Source: Octopus vulgaris (Eukaryota). Taken from it: a stretch of DNA of 64,000 nt. The notes under the pieces are model-generated. The model saw only the letters and a program-made list of their open reading frames with translations. It did no database searches and was not told the DNA's origin. The stretch spans positions 6,572,001-6,636,000 of the forward strand of contig OX597822.1 of assembly GCA_951406725.2 (NCBI GenBank), given 5' to 3'. The translations under genes were made by a program, and so were the position numbers. Below, piece after piece: positions 27,420 to 40,427 of the stretch. The stretch's first letter is position 1; the number at the start of each line of letters is the position of its first letter.

Positions 27420-28051
27420 GGTTAAGTACTTGGGAATACTGGAAGCCGATGAGATACAAAAAATGAAGAAATGAAACAAATTACCAGTAGAGAGCATAAA
27501 GGAGAGTGAGAAAATTACTGCAGCCAAAACTGAATTTCAAAAATTTTATTGAAGCAATAAATTCAAGAGCAGTACTCTTAATCACATATGAAGTTGGAAT
27601 TGTAGACTGGATCAGAAACGAAATAAAGAAACCTGACAGAAAAACTAGGAAGTTGTTGAAGATGTATGGAGTTCACCATCCGAAAGCTGATATCAACCGT
27701 CTGTTGCTTGAGGAGAGACCAGGGTCGGAGGGGCTTAATGGCTGTAGAAGAATAAGTACAGATGGAAAGAAAAATCTAGTAGCGTATTTACATAGTATTT
27801 ACAGCACAGGAAAACTACTAAAGGCAATTAGCAAAGAAAAAGGGATGAAACGCGCAATATGAGAAAATGATAAGAAGGAAATAGAAATGGAGTACAGATC
27901 GAAGAGAAACCTCTGCATGGCCACTTCTGGACAGCCACTGAAAACGTATGTGGATCAAAATCCTGGGCTTGGTTAAAAGGGGGCAATTAAAAATGAAGTA
28001 GAGCCTAATTGTAGCAGCCCGAGGTGAAACGATAAAAACAAGCAGCTTCAG

Positions 28052-28105
<54 letters not shown>

Positions 28106-28680
28106 AGAAAATGTGTAAGAAAAATTAAGAGCTTGGGGAACTTGGAACGAGACAGTGGCACATATTGTGACACAATGCCCCAAGTTGGAACAGGAAGAAT
28201 ATAAGAATATAAGAAATGGAAGGCAGGACCAGGTTTTAAAAGTTATACACTGGAAACTGTCAGAAATTTGGATTATGGTACAATCATCGAGTCGAAAAAA
28301 TACTAGAGTCGGAGAAATGCCAGATTTTGTGGAACTTCTCAATTCAAACGGACAAGGAATTAGAAAATAATAGAACAGACATAACGATTATAGATACGGA
28401 GAGGCGAAGTTGCTTACTTATCGACTCATGCGTGTTTGATTCCAGGATCGTAAAGAAAGAGGAAGATAAAAATACAACCCCTAAAACTTGAAATAAGAAG
28501 AATTTGGAGCATGCGAACAGTAAAGGTCGTGCCTATAATAATTAGAGCGCTGGAAAAAGTAAACCAAGATATAGACAAATGACTGAGGCAGATTGAAATA
28601 GAATGCCTGGTAGGGCTCCAACAGAATGTTTGTCTCTTCGGTACAGCAAGGATTATAATGAGGGTTCTAGGCACTTGAGA
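27420..28680 (+). pseudogene. Degenerate R4/Dong-like LINE 3' half with an internal (TA)n expansion
   Basis: KYLGILEAD, DRKTRKLLKMYGVHHPKADINRL, ETVAHIVTQCPKLEQEEYK, LLGTARI-like end. Confidence 0.85.
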
Positions 28681-29309
28681 CACTGGTGAAAACTTGCGAA
28701 TACATAAGGTTACAGGTAGTAATTAAATGTCCTTGTCCTACACTGCATAATTGTACGTTTTCGTCACTACTTCAACCTATACTTACTGACTCAAAGGTGG
28801 GGCACCCAAGCCATCTTTGAACAAGACAATCACACAACTACAGCTGTTCTATCTGGGATTTTGTTTCCACACCTATTTGGGCACTCAAAACGCATATTTA
28901 TTAGCTTGAGCCATCCTGACAGAAACTCCACATATCCTCTCTCTCTCTATATATATATATTTGTATATATATGTGGAGGCGGGGAGTGCCTGTGTGTTTG
29001 TGTGTGTGTGCGTGTCTGTTTTAATGGATATGGATATACAGAATAATGTACTCGAATGTACTTGTGACTGAAAGACCTCTAACATATTTGGTATTCATTT
29101 TGACATCGACAATACTCAAAATAAAATACAATCTGGATATGTGTGGGTAACATTGTTTCATTATAGAGATATGCAGTCCTTGTCTGTATAGATTTAGTCA
29201 AACTCACACATCTTGGGACATCAGCATCATGGAACAATATCAAAATATTAGTATATTTCCAGTTATTAGGTACCCACTCGAAAATTGTATAAACACAAAC
29301 TCTATGATT

Positions 29310-29446
29310 AGGTTGTCCCAAAAGTTCGTAAACACTTGCGAAAATTGAATTTTTACTACCCAAGTACTAACAAAAATAACAAAAATTATTCCTCAAAATA
29401 AAGACCATTATTTTCCAAGACTTTCTACGAACTTTTGGGACAACCT
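29310..29446. mobile_element. Mariner-type MITE of about 137 bp
   Basis: Perfect 21-bp terminal inverted repeat AGGTTGTCCCAAAAGTTCGTA (29310-30) / TACGAACTTTTGGGACAACCT (29426-46) in a TA-rich context. Confidence 0.85.
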
Positions 29447-31065
29447 TATATATTATGCCCAACTCGCAATTCACTTCAAATCTGTGTGCTAAAATGCGGA
29501 ATATTCATAAAACAGGCCAGGTTATTTCACATAGTGTTTATTTCACGCTTGTAAATTCATAGAAAATTAAAATATTCAAATACATTTACCTAATGCGTGT
29601 AACGTGAATTCAACAAACAGGTATTATTTGTTGGATGGAGTGTTGAAGAAAGAGATTAATTTTGTTAATCGAAAGTTATTTTTATGATGCCTTTTGAGTG
29701 CACTTTGCCTAAGAGGTTTAACATGCATAAGCTATCAAGTTCACTATCAAGTTCACTAATACTAAGCATACTCACATTGCTCTCGCATCTTTATAAGGAG
29801 AAGAATGCAGAAACTGTGGACTGATTTCCTTTGAGCGTCTGATTCATTATTCATTCGTTCATCTCACACATACGTCAACAACCTGATTATAAATATAATC
29901 TTGTTGCGAGCAGCGTGCAGCGAAATTTGTCGTCGTGTGAGAGGTTTTACATATTGAGCCATTGAGATAATACAGAAGTGTATCAACAATTAAGAAAGAA
30001 TATTACTGATGGTTAGGGAAAGCGTTTTGGGATTCGGGTGTTCTGTGCTTGATCTCACTGCAAGAACTTGGTGCAAGTTTCTTCGCGCATAGTTACAAGT
30101 AAACTCAGACCTTGTTAGTGAAAATGAGAAGATGAAAGGGCTGTCCTTATCCATGATGAAAGGACTGTCCTTATCCAGTTGAAAGGGCTCTCCATATCCA
30201 TGAGTATCATCATGTATTGTTATTGCAAGCACTGGAATTAGATCTCGGCTGGATGATACCGCTGTATTCTGATGAATCTCTTCCTAATGTAGTTAGCCAT
30301 GAACGGCAGTTCCTTCCCTCCGTTCCGTCATCACAGTATAGACTGGTAATTATTGCTGCCCCTACTCATGTTACACGACTCGTAACATACTCTAAATATT
30401 ACCACTCTTATAAGGCTCGCGTGAAAACTATCATGTAATGATAAAATTAAACAAAACCAACCTGATTTTATAGACGGAACAAAGGTTTCGTACAAGGGAC
30501 ATCATATGAGAGACAATGTTTAAGCAAACGTGTTGAGGAAGAGGAGGAGACGTCTGCGAGAATTTAGACGTAGCAGCAAATACTTCTTAATCTACATTAA
30601 GATAATTAGCTCTGGATAAATTATTCCGGAAACACAGTACAATAGTAATGATTTGTAGGTACCGGATATTTCATTAAGCAAACATAATATGCTACAAAGA
30701 ATATTAAAAGTTTTTTTATAAGTCAATACTACTTTGTTAGCAGTGCACTTAAATCATGCGTTAAGATCATCTCTACAGATTTTCTTTAGAAATTAAATCC
30801 TGCACTGATTTTGTTATAACGTTTCGTATCCTAGACGTCAGGAGAAACTCTCGAAATATGGTATATACGTCCATTACCCATTTTTTCATCTTCGATATCA
30901 TTGTTTGTTTACATCTGACGCTTCGTTTGCGAAACATCGTTACAAAATCAGTGCTGGTTATAATTATGTTGCGTGGACGCCCTCAGACGATAGGTAGGCT
31001 AGTCCAATACGTATAGCTAGTGATAGCTAGTCATAGAAGCGTCGAGTAGAGCGAGCCGGAGCCGG

Positions 31066-33210
31066 AGCCGTCGGTAGGAATCGTCAGAGAGAGGTGGAGT
31101 TAATTTTTGTGAGTTATATGTTAATTGATTGTTAATTTATTATTACTGATTGCTGAAAGCTCTCCCTGTGTGGGTGTGCCTGTATATTTCTGTTGTTTTT
31201 AATTCAATTGTATAATAGAGAATTTAAATTCCTCGAGCCACGGCTCTGCGGCGGCGGCAACAGGTAGTAACAACATTTCCTCGTTAAACAGTGACGGATG
31301 TAAAGGTAGAAACAGACAGAATTAAAGAATGTTACATGTTAGTTAATTGTTATTTAAATATACGATAATAATTGACAGTAAACAACATTAATGGTTCTGC
31401 ATGTGATGAGGGGCACATGCAGCCATTCATAATTCCATTGTTATATAACTATTTCATTCATATTCATTCTATGTATTGTCCCCTCTGTGGTGTCTTGTCT
31501 CTCCTTATTTGTACCCCGCTATGTTGAGCCCTTGTGGCTATAATAAAGAAACAGGAGCCATCGGTAAGAGTTGTCAGAGAGTGTTGGATTAATTTTTGTA
31601 AGTTACATGTTAATTGATTGTGAATTAATTATTATTGAATGTTGAAGGCTTTCCCTGTACGGGTGTGCCTGGATATATTTGTTGTTTGTGATTTAATTGT
31701 ATAATGGAGAATTTGAATACCTCGAGCCAGAGCTATACAGCGGTGGCAACAAGTAGTGAAAATACTGCCTCGTTAACAGTGATGGATGTAAAGGTAGAAA
31801 CAGACAGAATTAAAGAATGTGGAAAAGTATTAAAGAATCAAGGAACAACACTCTCTGGTACCGCCAAAGGAATTTTCGGAAAGTTTACAAAAAAGAACGG
31901 TCCTGTATGAGACTTTAAGATTGTCCATAGGAATAATCGAAACCGCAGCGACTGAGAGTATAGAAAAAAATGCTCAAAAATATAAAAAACTTGACGACTT
32001 TTGTAACAAGAAGTCTGAAGTTCGGAGTGGTAGAAGTCAGGTTCGCATCTGAAGAAGTAGCAGCAGAGCATGCAGTAGACGCGATTAGGAATGGCGAGTG
32101 GGCTTTCCTACCGAGTTACTGCGGGAAAAGAATGGCGAGAGTAAGGGTGGGTAAAATCCCACCCGAATAAAACGAGACGTGGATTATGGCGGTAGTCTTG
32201 TTCCACGTGCAACAGAGTTCGAAAATAATAAAGGCAACAAGAACTCAAAAGTTGGACTTCTGGGGTTACGGGCTAAAATGAAAATTCAAGCCACCCTGGA
32301 AGACCTGAATTCTATAGTTGAAGGAATAATGCCCGAAGGAAACAAGCTGAATGTGGTAGCAAAAGAGGACACAAAAAAGCGGACTGCCCTCAAAGCAAGG
32401 GAAAAAAGAGGGATGAGAGCTTGACGCAGAGAGAGGAAACGTCGTCGAATGTGGAGAAGGAGCTGTAACAGGAAAAGTAGAAGGGGTTCTCCACCGGAGA
32501 AGCTGAAAAAGAAAAAAAAAGAGGCGATGGGACGTAACGGAGAAAAAATAGTGACAAGAAAGATAGCAGAGGAAAGTATGAAAGTTTCTCCTCTAAAGGT
32601 GAGGTGAAGAAAAAAGGAATGAAGGAGGGGGTGAAAACCAGCCGAAGAAAAGATGGTATTGATATCCTGAAAATGAAGTCAGTAATACGGGTAAAATTAC
32701 CTAAGGGTTTCGACTACGATGGAACTAAGGCAATTAGAGCCGAACAGCTATGAGGAGTTGAAAAAAGGTGCGACATGGGAATGGTGCAGTTTGAAGTCAA
32801 GTTTGAAAAGGTGGAACCAGTTATCAACTGGGATGACGCGATACCGTTAATAAAGGACTGTCTTTTAGATAGCACTCAATCAATGGATATCGAGTAATAT
32901 GACTTCTTATTGGAAAGACAATGCGTCAGGAATCCGATGTGGATCGCTGGAGGATACACGGATTAGCGACTTGCAATGTTATGTTTCATGTTAATTAATT
33001 GTTAAATGTTATTTAATTGTTATTTAAATATCCGATAATAATGGACTGTAAACAATATTGATGGTACTGCATTTGATAGGAGGCGCATGCAGCCATTCAT
33101 AATTTCATTGGTATATAATCATTTCATTCATATTCGTTATATGTATTGTCCTCTCTGTGGTATCCTGTCTGTTCTTGTTTTTACCCTCTCTGTGGTTATA
33201 ATAAGGAAAG
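31066..33210 (+). mobile_element. Tandem pair of L1/Tx1-derived non-autonomous elements (5'UTR-ORF1-3'UTR, no ORF2)
   Basis: Block 31066-31331 recurs at about 31555-31820 and block 31332-31552 recurs at about 32985-33210. The ORF1 remnant (SYTAVAT; VEVRFASE..A..; FLPSYCGKRMARVRVGKIPPE) is homologous to 46181-46687. Confidence 0.7.
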
Positions 33211-33708
33211 AGGAGCCGTCGGTAGACTAGACGTCGAGTTCTCTTGAGTCGAGTCGTCGTAAGTGAGAGTTCGGTAGTTGAGTAGAGGTACGTTATTGGG
33301 AAGAAACGCCATCCGAACGTGCGATATAACAAATTTCTATAGAAAATCTGTGGAGACGACCTTAACGCAGTACAGTAGAACACAGATTATCTAACCGTCC
33401 TGTTCGAGCTAGTATGGCTTGGTAACAAACACAGTGCTTTCGCTAATTGTTTTAGGCATGTAAGCAGTCTCAAGCAGGCATCGGTCTCCCTAATTCTCCG
33501 GGCTCTCAAACTTTGCTCACAGACACAGCCAGAGTGAGACAGCTAGAGAAGGAGAAAGCTGCCCCAATACTAGGCTGGTGCGCAATTACAGCTGACTAGA
33601 GAATTACAGAATGAAGTGCTGTAATGAAGAACGCATCTGCCGGTCCAGAATTTGAACTCACAACTTTATGATCCTGAGTGGCCATGCGATTTCACGTACC
33701 TGAAATAT

Positions 33709-33939
33709 ATTTCTTTACTACCCACAAGGGACTAAACACAGAGGGGACCAACAAGGACAGACAAAGGGATTAAGTCGATTATATCGACCTCACTGCGTAA
33801 CTGGTACTTAATTTATCGACCTCGAAAAGATAAAAGGCAAAGTCGACCTCGGCGGAATTTGAACTCATAACGTAACGGCAGACGAAATGCGACTACGCAT
33901 TTCGCCCGGCGTGCTAACGTCTCTGCCAGCTCGCCGCCC
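33709..33939 (-). mobile_element. SINE family C with Tx1-type tail
   Basis: Reverse complement of GGCGGCGAGCTGGCAGA..GAGTTCAAATTCCGCCGAGGTCGACTTTGCC..CCCTTGTGGGTAGTAAAGAAATA. Confidence 0.88.
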
Positions 33940-34608
33940 TCCTACCTGTTTGTCATTTCAATGTCTTTTATGAAAAGAATGCTTATTCCGAGTCGGTCTA
34001 GGGATAAGCCAAGACGTTAAACCTTTTCTTCATCCAAATCGAAAGTATTGACTTATGGAAATTGTAAGATGTATTCTTAATTATGCTTTTTTGTGTGTCT
34101 CACTGATAAAATATTACAAAAACTTGGGTATGCACAGCATTCTTAGTTTCTAAATTAAACCTTTCTTAGTTTTAAAATAAAATGTACATACGTAAAATTC
34201 ATAAAATCTTATTTATAAAATTATTTCATTTCCAAATCACAATGCACAAACCCACGTATGTGTGTGTGTGAATGTTTTTGTGCGTGCACGTGTGTGTGCG
34301 AATGTTTTTGTGCGTGCACGTGTGTGTGTATGTGTGTATGTATGATTGGGTACAGAAATATATTTTTACATTTCAGAATTTACTTATACGTTTTACGTAT
34401 GAACATTTTATTTTTAAAACTAAGAACAGAATTTTGAGTGGTTAACAGTCATTGTATATAGTTCATAGCCAACTTTTTGTAATACTCTATCAATGAGACT
34501 GAAAACACAGCAATGATAAGTCTACATCATACAATCTCCACAATGATATGAATAACGAAAGGCTTAACACATACATACTTACATGCATACAGACATACAT
34601 ACATACTT

Positions 34609-34654
<46 letters not shown>

Positions 34655-35049
34655 TATATATATGTATGTATGTATATAAGTATATATTTCTATTTCTATA
34701 TGTATGTATTATATAATCATTTGTACCATGAAGTTTATAAAAGAATAAAAACTGTTTAGATAGGTAGTTGCAGTAATAATGAAATATATATATATATATT
34801 TTAGAAATAATATTTCTAAAACTCGGTTTTAGCTTTCTTATTTTCAAAGGCTGTAAAGGTCATCTATTTTTTGTTTTTATGACAAAGATATTAAATCAAT
34901 GTCTAGGTTGTGTCATTTATTCGTAATTATAAGTACTCTGACGTCTGTTGTTGTTCTTTTTATTGTTTGTAATATTTTTTAATATTATGATTTGTTTTCC
35001 GTGTATTTCCAAATAACAACAGCAACTACAAGATTAATGAAGATGATAA

Positions 35050-35450
35050 TTTATTAGCCACAAGGAGTCGCACAAAAGGATATTACAAAAGCAGGGTTGA
35101 TGTTAAGTACACCCAAAATGTAAACAAAAACGAACAAAGTAGCGATAAAGTTATAACAACGTTACATGTCTGGTCCTACTCTGCTCAGCGCGTAATGATA
35201 GGAAATGGACCAGCTGTTTCGGAGGAACACTTCCCTTCTCCGAAATGCAAGATCAACGGCTCCTGTCTGGTCAGACGGGAACTGAGGCAGGGAAAGTGGT
35301 AATAAATAATGGATGTGATAGAGACGGTCACAGTGCTACTGCTGTATTGGAACCAGTTACTACTAATCGTCGTAGCCATACTGAGTAACGAAAGGATCCA
35401 TGCTGAGGCACTTCTCATGCGACCTGCCTTTACTTGGGCATTCGGTCTCA
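35050..35450 (-). mobile_element. Probable 3' end of a Tx1-like LINE
   Basis: Minus strand ends ..TCCTTTTGTGCGACTCCTTGTGGCTAATAAA, the same terminal motif as at 31530-31550 and the SINE C tail. Confidence 0.5.
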
Positions 35451-35589
35451 CATTTGTTTTGATCGTACATTTATATGTATGAATTGCTCTATGTAGATAG
35501 AAAATACTGATTTTTATGTATTTTTCTTTTGGTGTTTAGTAAACTTCGATCTTTGAGAATGAAAGTATCGTTCTGAATATATTTGTTTC

Positions 35590-35795
35590 AAATTGTGACA
35601 CAAGGTCAGCAATTTTGGGGAAGGGTTTTATTCGATTAATTGACCCTAGTGCTCAAGTGGTACTTATTTTATCAACCCCGAAATGATGAAAGGTAAAGTC
35701 GACCTCTGGAGAATATGAACTCAGAACGTAAAGACAGACAAAATGCTGCTAAGCATTTTCCCGGCGTGCTAACGATTCTGCCAGCTCACCACCTT
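35590..35795 (-). mobile_element. SINE family C, non-Tx1 tail
   Basis: Same head and body as the other C copies; tail ..CCCCAAAATTGCTGACCTTGTGTCACAATTTGAAAC. Confidence 0.8.
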
Positions 35796-36073
35796 TATCG
35801 TTCCGAGAATATTAGCAGTTCTAAGAGGGTGATTAGGGGTGTCATGCTTGTATATTTGCCATGATGTTCGCAACTTTCATTTCACGCACAATGTTAGTTA
35901 TATTAAGAGGATTAAATCTAATTATTTTTAAACTCCCATTGACTCTACCTTTCATCATTATGGGACAGAGAAAATATGTCACAGCTGAGAACTGGTGTCG
36001 ATGTATTCAACTTACTCCTTCCCCAAAGTTGCTGGACTTGTGCCAAAATTTGAAACCACTATTGTTATTATTA

Positions 36074-36356
36074 AGGCGGCGTATTGGTAGAACAATTTCC
36101 GCGTCGAACAAAAGGCTTGGGCTCGATATAATCGACTTAATCCGTTTGTCTGTCCTTCTTTGTACTATCTGTGTTTAGCCCCTTGTGGGTAGTAAAAAAA
36201 TAGGTATTTCTTATCGCTCTTTACATTCTGAGTTCAAACTCTACCCAAGCTGACTGTGCCTTTTATCATTTTCGCGTCAGTAAAATAAGTTACAGTTAAG
36301 TGAAATCAAATTCCCTTTCCCCTAAAAATTCCTGACCTTCTGCCAAAATTAGAAAA
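36074..36356 (+). mobile_element. Old SINE C copy interrupted by a 5'-truncated Tx1-tailed SINE C (about 36119-36202)
   Basis: Old head, then GGGCTCGATATAATCGACTTAATCC...CCCCTTGTGGGTAGTAAAAAAATA, then the old body resumes at GGTATTTC. Confidence 0.8.
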
Positions 36357-37861
36357 AATTATTACTGCGTTGTTATAAATCTTATAATTATTATCATTAT
36401 AAATTTCATAATTATTGTTATTGTTTTTCTTATTTATATTAATATTCATATAGCAATCATCAATACCACCACCGCCATTACCATTATTTTAAACTTTCAA
36501 AAGAGAAATGTTATGATCAATTTTTCTTTAATATTCCTTGCTTTTGTTCAAGTGACATTTTTTATCGTTTATTTGTTATGTATTTTACACATTTTATAGG
36601 CATTATTTTTTCTAGTATAGAGCGAAAACAAATTTAATCCGGCTTCTTGCTCCCAGTATCTTAATATCGTCACAGCTGGAATTGACTGAAACTTCAAGGG
36701 GTTATTTAATCAGGCAACAGCTTGATGTTGTTTCTCATAATGAGCTATGACGTACGTGCGACTTCTGAAGCTGATGCAAAAATGTTCAGACATCACATGT
36801 AACCAGCTCATATCATGTTTTATAGTTTATTTGCTTTTGCTGGGTGAGAAGTCACGAAGTGTGTATATATTTCATAACATGACATAACCATGGCTGTTTA
36901 GTTGGTGGAAACGGGTCACTATGCTTTGTATATAACTTGACAGAAAGAAAACTAATTATGCCTTATCATGCCTAAATGAAATTAAAGATATTTAACTCAT
37001 TAACAAACTAAATGAAGGTAAGGTAATATTGTCAAAGCAATCAGCACTTGTGCCAATCTTGTGCTGAGATAATGTGCTGTTTTTTCTTTATATTTTAGTG
37101 ACATAGACAAATTATTTCTGCAGTTTTTGTACTAAAATTAATTGCTTCACAAAGAGAGACTATTTTCCCTTCTCAAACTCAAGACCTTATGCATCTGTTA
37201 GAAAATATTAACATTACTAACAATTGTTAGTACTGTTAAAGGAAGTAAGTCGATTGAAACGACCCCAGCGTTCAACTAGTACATAATTTATTAACCCGAA
37301 AGGTTGAGAATGTATGTAAAGACGGATGAAATGCTTTTAAGCATTTTGTCCGGCATGCTAACGACTTTGCCCGATCGCCGGTGAAATTTTACTGTACCAC
37401 TTGTCTATGACAAAACTTAAATTTACTCTAAAGTCGATTTAAGGACGAAACTGAGAATAAAGAGACGAATATGCCACCATTATGCAGATTTTGATGCAAT
37501 TTAAGCATTAAAATACACTTACGCTATCTAGGTTGGCAGCAGGAACTAATAGAAATTATGTGTCTTTAATGTGTCAGAGTCATGCTCGATTGCATATAGT
37601 TATCAAGAATCACCTTGTGTCATTGAATCTCCTGTCTGAAAGGAAAGCATTTGCCTTTTGTCAATTCGTAGTTACATATGAATATTATTTCCTGAGACCG
37701 TTATCTCTATCTATGCAAGGAAACGCATGACCTAGTTGCTCGAATGTTGCGTTCGTGGTTATAAGATCGTAAGCTTGATTACAAGAACGGACAATGTGTT
37801 ATGTTCTTAAGCAAGGCAGAGCATTGCACATTGGGCCAGTTACCTTAGCTGTAATAAATAC

Positions 37862-38263
37862 GTATTTCTTTACTACCCACAGACGGGACAAACAAGGACA
37901 GACAAACGGATTAAGTCGATTATATCGACCCCCAGTGCGTAACTGGTACTTATGTAATCGACCCCGAAAGGATGAAAGGCAAAGTCGACCTCGGCGGAAT
38001 ATGATCTGAGAACGTAGCGGCAGACGAAATACATATTTCTTTATTACCCACAAGGGGCTAAACATAGAAGGGACAAACAAGGACAGGCATAGGTATTAAG
38101 TCGATTACATGGACCCCAGTGCATAACTGGTACTTAATTTATCGACCCCGAAAGAATGAAAGGCAAAGTCGACCGCAGCGGAATTTAAACTCACAACGTA
38201 ACGGCAGACGAAATACCGCGAAGCATTTCTCCCAGCGTGCTAACGATTCTGCCAGCTCGCCGC
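37862..38263 (-). mobile_element. Dimeric SINE C (Tx1 tail) inserted in an older tRNA-SINE, with about 17-19-bp TSD
   Basis: Two tandem units; flanks CCTTAGCTGTAATAAATAC (37843-37861) and CCTTGCTGTAATGAATAC (about 38263-38280). Confidence 0.85.
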
Positions 38264-39904
38264 CTTGCTGTAATGAATACTAACAGAGGGTCGATGCTAT
38301 CGTTCCTCCCTGCAGCTACCGCATTTCTGATGTTCCGTTGAACCAGGATCAAGAGTGTGTTTGCTCGTGACCACATTGATACCTGAAACAATTAATTAAA
38401 ATATGTTACAAATATGGCACAAGCTACCATGTCATACTTGCAATTAACAGCTAAGATATATATAGAAATGCATCTTCTTTGTTATTATTGATGTCACACA
38501 TTTACTCATTCCAGGTTTCTTGAAAATTATAATCTTTTGTCTTACAATTCCGTTCACTAACTTTGATGATTTGTGCCCTTCTGGCCAATAAATTATTATT
38601 CTCATTAATATATTTATTCTCATTATTAAATTAGATGCCATTATTAATATATGAAGTTATATTCATCTTCACTTATTTTCATATAATTATTTCTACTGTA
38701 TATTATTATTATTATTACTGTTTATATACTTATTTCTGTTGCAGGTGCACTTGCTGTTGACATGTTTATGAATGTGTAATTTTATTTATTAAAATTATTT
38801 TCTCTTTCTTCAGATTTTTTTTTTATATCTTCTCGCCATGAAACAAATGTAAATAAAAAAAATAATAAAATGGAAGTTGACGCTCGTTTTTGTTGGTGTG
38901 ATAAAGTAGGTTTTCTCATTATAGACACACAGATGACGTACAGTTGCAAAACAGGCAGAGTAAAGGAACGAAAATTGGCTATTTTATTGTGTTGGGAGAT
39001 TTTTCATGCATTTACACCACATTATGTACTTAAACCAACGATGAAGTATCTGTATGGACATGCAAACAGTCAGGAATAACAGGCATCTCTCTCTCTCTCT
39101 CTCTCTCAATCTCTTGTTCTCTTTATCTCTCTCTCTATCTCTCGTTCTCCACCCTTAAACACTCATTCTCTTCTCTCTTTCTCTCTCTTAAATCACATCT
39201 TACCATCTTAAGTAAGCAAAAGAGAAACTGGGGAATAAATTCTCAAATGCATCTAAAAATACAGAATTGTCCTTACGTAAATAGTCTTTAAATATATTGA
39301 GCTTAGCAACAGTCTTATGTAGCATTCAGAAGTTGATATTGATCCGTTAATTTGTTTATTCCACACAATAATGCTGTACAAAAATATGTCACAAATTTCC
39401 ATGACGTATATCACAAATTTCACTTATCTGCTGAAATAATTGTAAAAAATGCTCCTCCTTAAATAAAATTGTATCTTTCCCAAGACTTTATTGTTGCAAA
39501 CCAATATTTTAAGGTTCTTTTCAATAAATAACTAAGCTACTTCTCTTTTATGCAGAAGACATCCCTGTGTGTACATTCTCAGGGATTTATTTTATTAACA
39601 ACTCCTTAATCATCGAGATTACCCATAAATAATATTGTACATCTGCTTCGTGGACTTTTATCAATATTTTGGAAAATATGGTGAAGCAGTCATTATTTCG
39701 CTGTTGAGGTCTAAGAAGATTGAAATATGACCAAAGTAATTAACATACTAGTAATTGATTAAGAGTTTCTTATTGTTTGCTACTTAATTATTTCTAATTC
39801 GATTTTTAACGCCTGTAGCGCCTCCTTGGAGATTATGGTTTTGTGTTTCTATATTTCTCATTTGGCATAATGTAATCTATGATATGTTAGCGAATGAAGA
39901 TTTA

Positions 39905-40085
39905 TTTATCACCTCCTCCTCCTTCCCCACCTCCACCTCCCCTTCTTGCTCTCCTCCTCCTCTTCTCCTCCCATCCTCCTGCTCATAATCATCGTCGTCA
40001 TCATCATCATCGTCGTCGTCATCGTCATCATCATCGTCACCCTCGCCATCATCATCATCATCATCATCATCATCGTCACCCTTCC

Positions 40086-40122
<37 letters not shown>

Positions 40123-40270
40123 GTAATCCTTTTCTTCGACATTATCATCATTACCACCACCACCATCAACTTAAACCTCGTCAATATTACCATCTACACC
40201 ATCATCATCAGGAGCATCACAATCACCATCACTACAACCATCCATGTTATATCCATCATCATCAATAGTA
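39905..40270. repeat. (CCT)n/(CAT)n trinucleotide low-complexity tract
   Basis: Direct reading; source of the His/Ile/Met-rich ORFs. Confidence 0.9.
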
Positions 40271-40427
40271 GCAACAACATTCGCCGTGGCATCAACAGCC
40301 TTGATGTTCTTGAGATCGTAGATGATCCTCAGTTATCTGGCCTCACAATACATTGGAACACATTAATGAGTTCGAAATCAGTAGCCTACACCATTCTCTT
40401 TTGAAATACGATATTACCACGATCTGA

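Noticed and set aside
31066-33210. LTR retrotransposon suggested by long direct repeats
   Set aside because: No TG..CA ends, PBS/PPT or pol; the repeats are tandem units of a Tx1-derived element.
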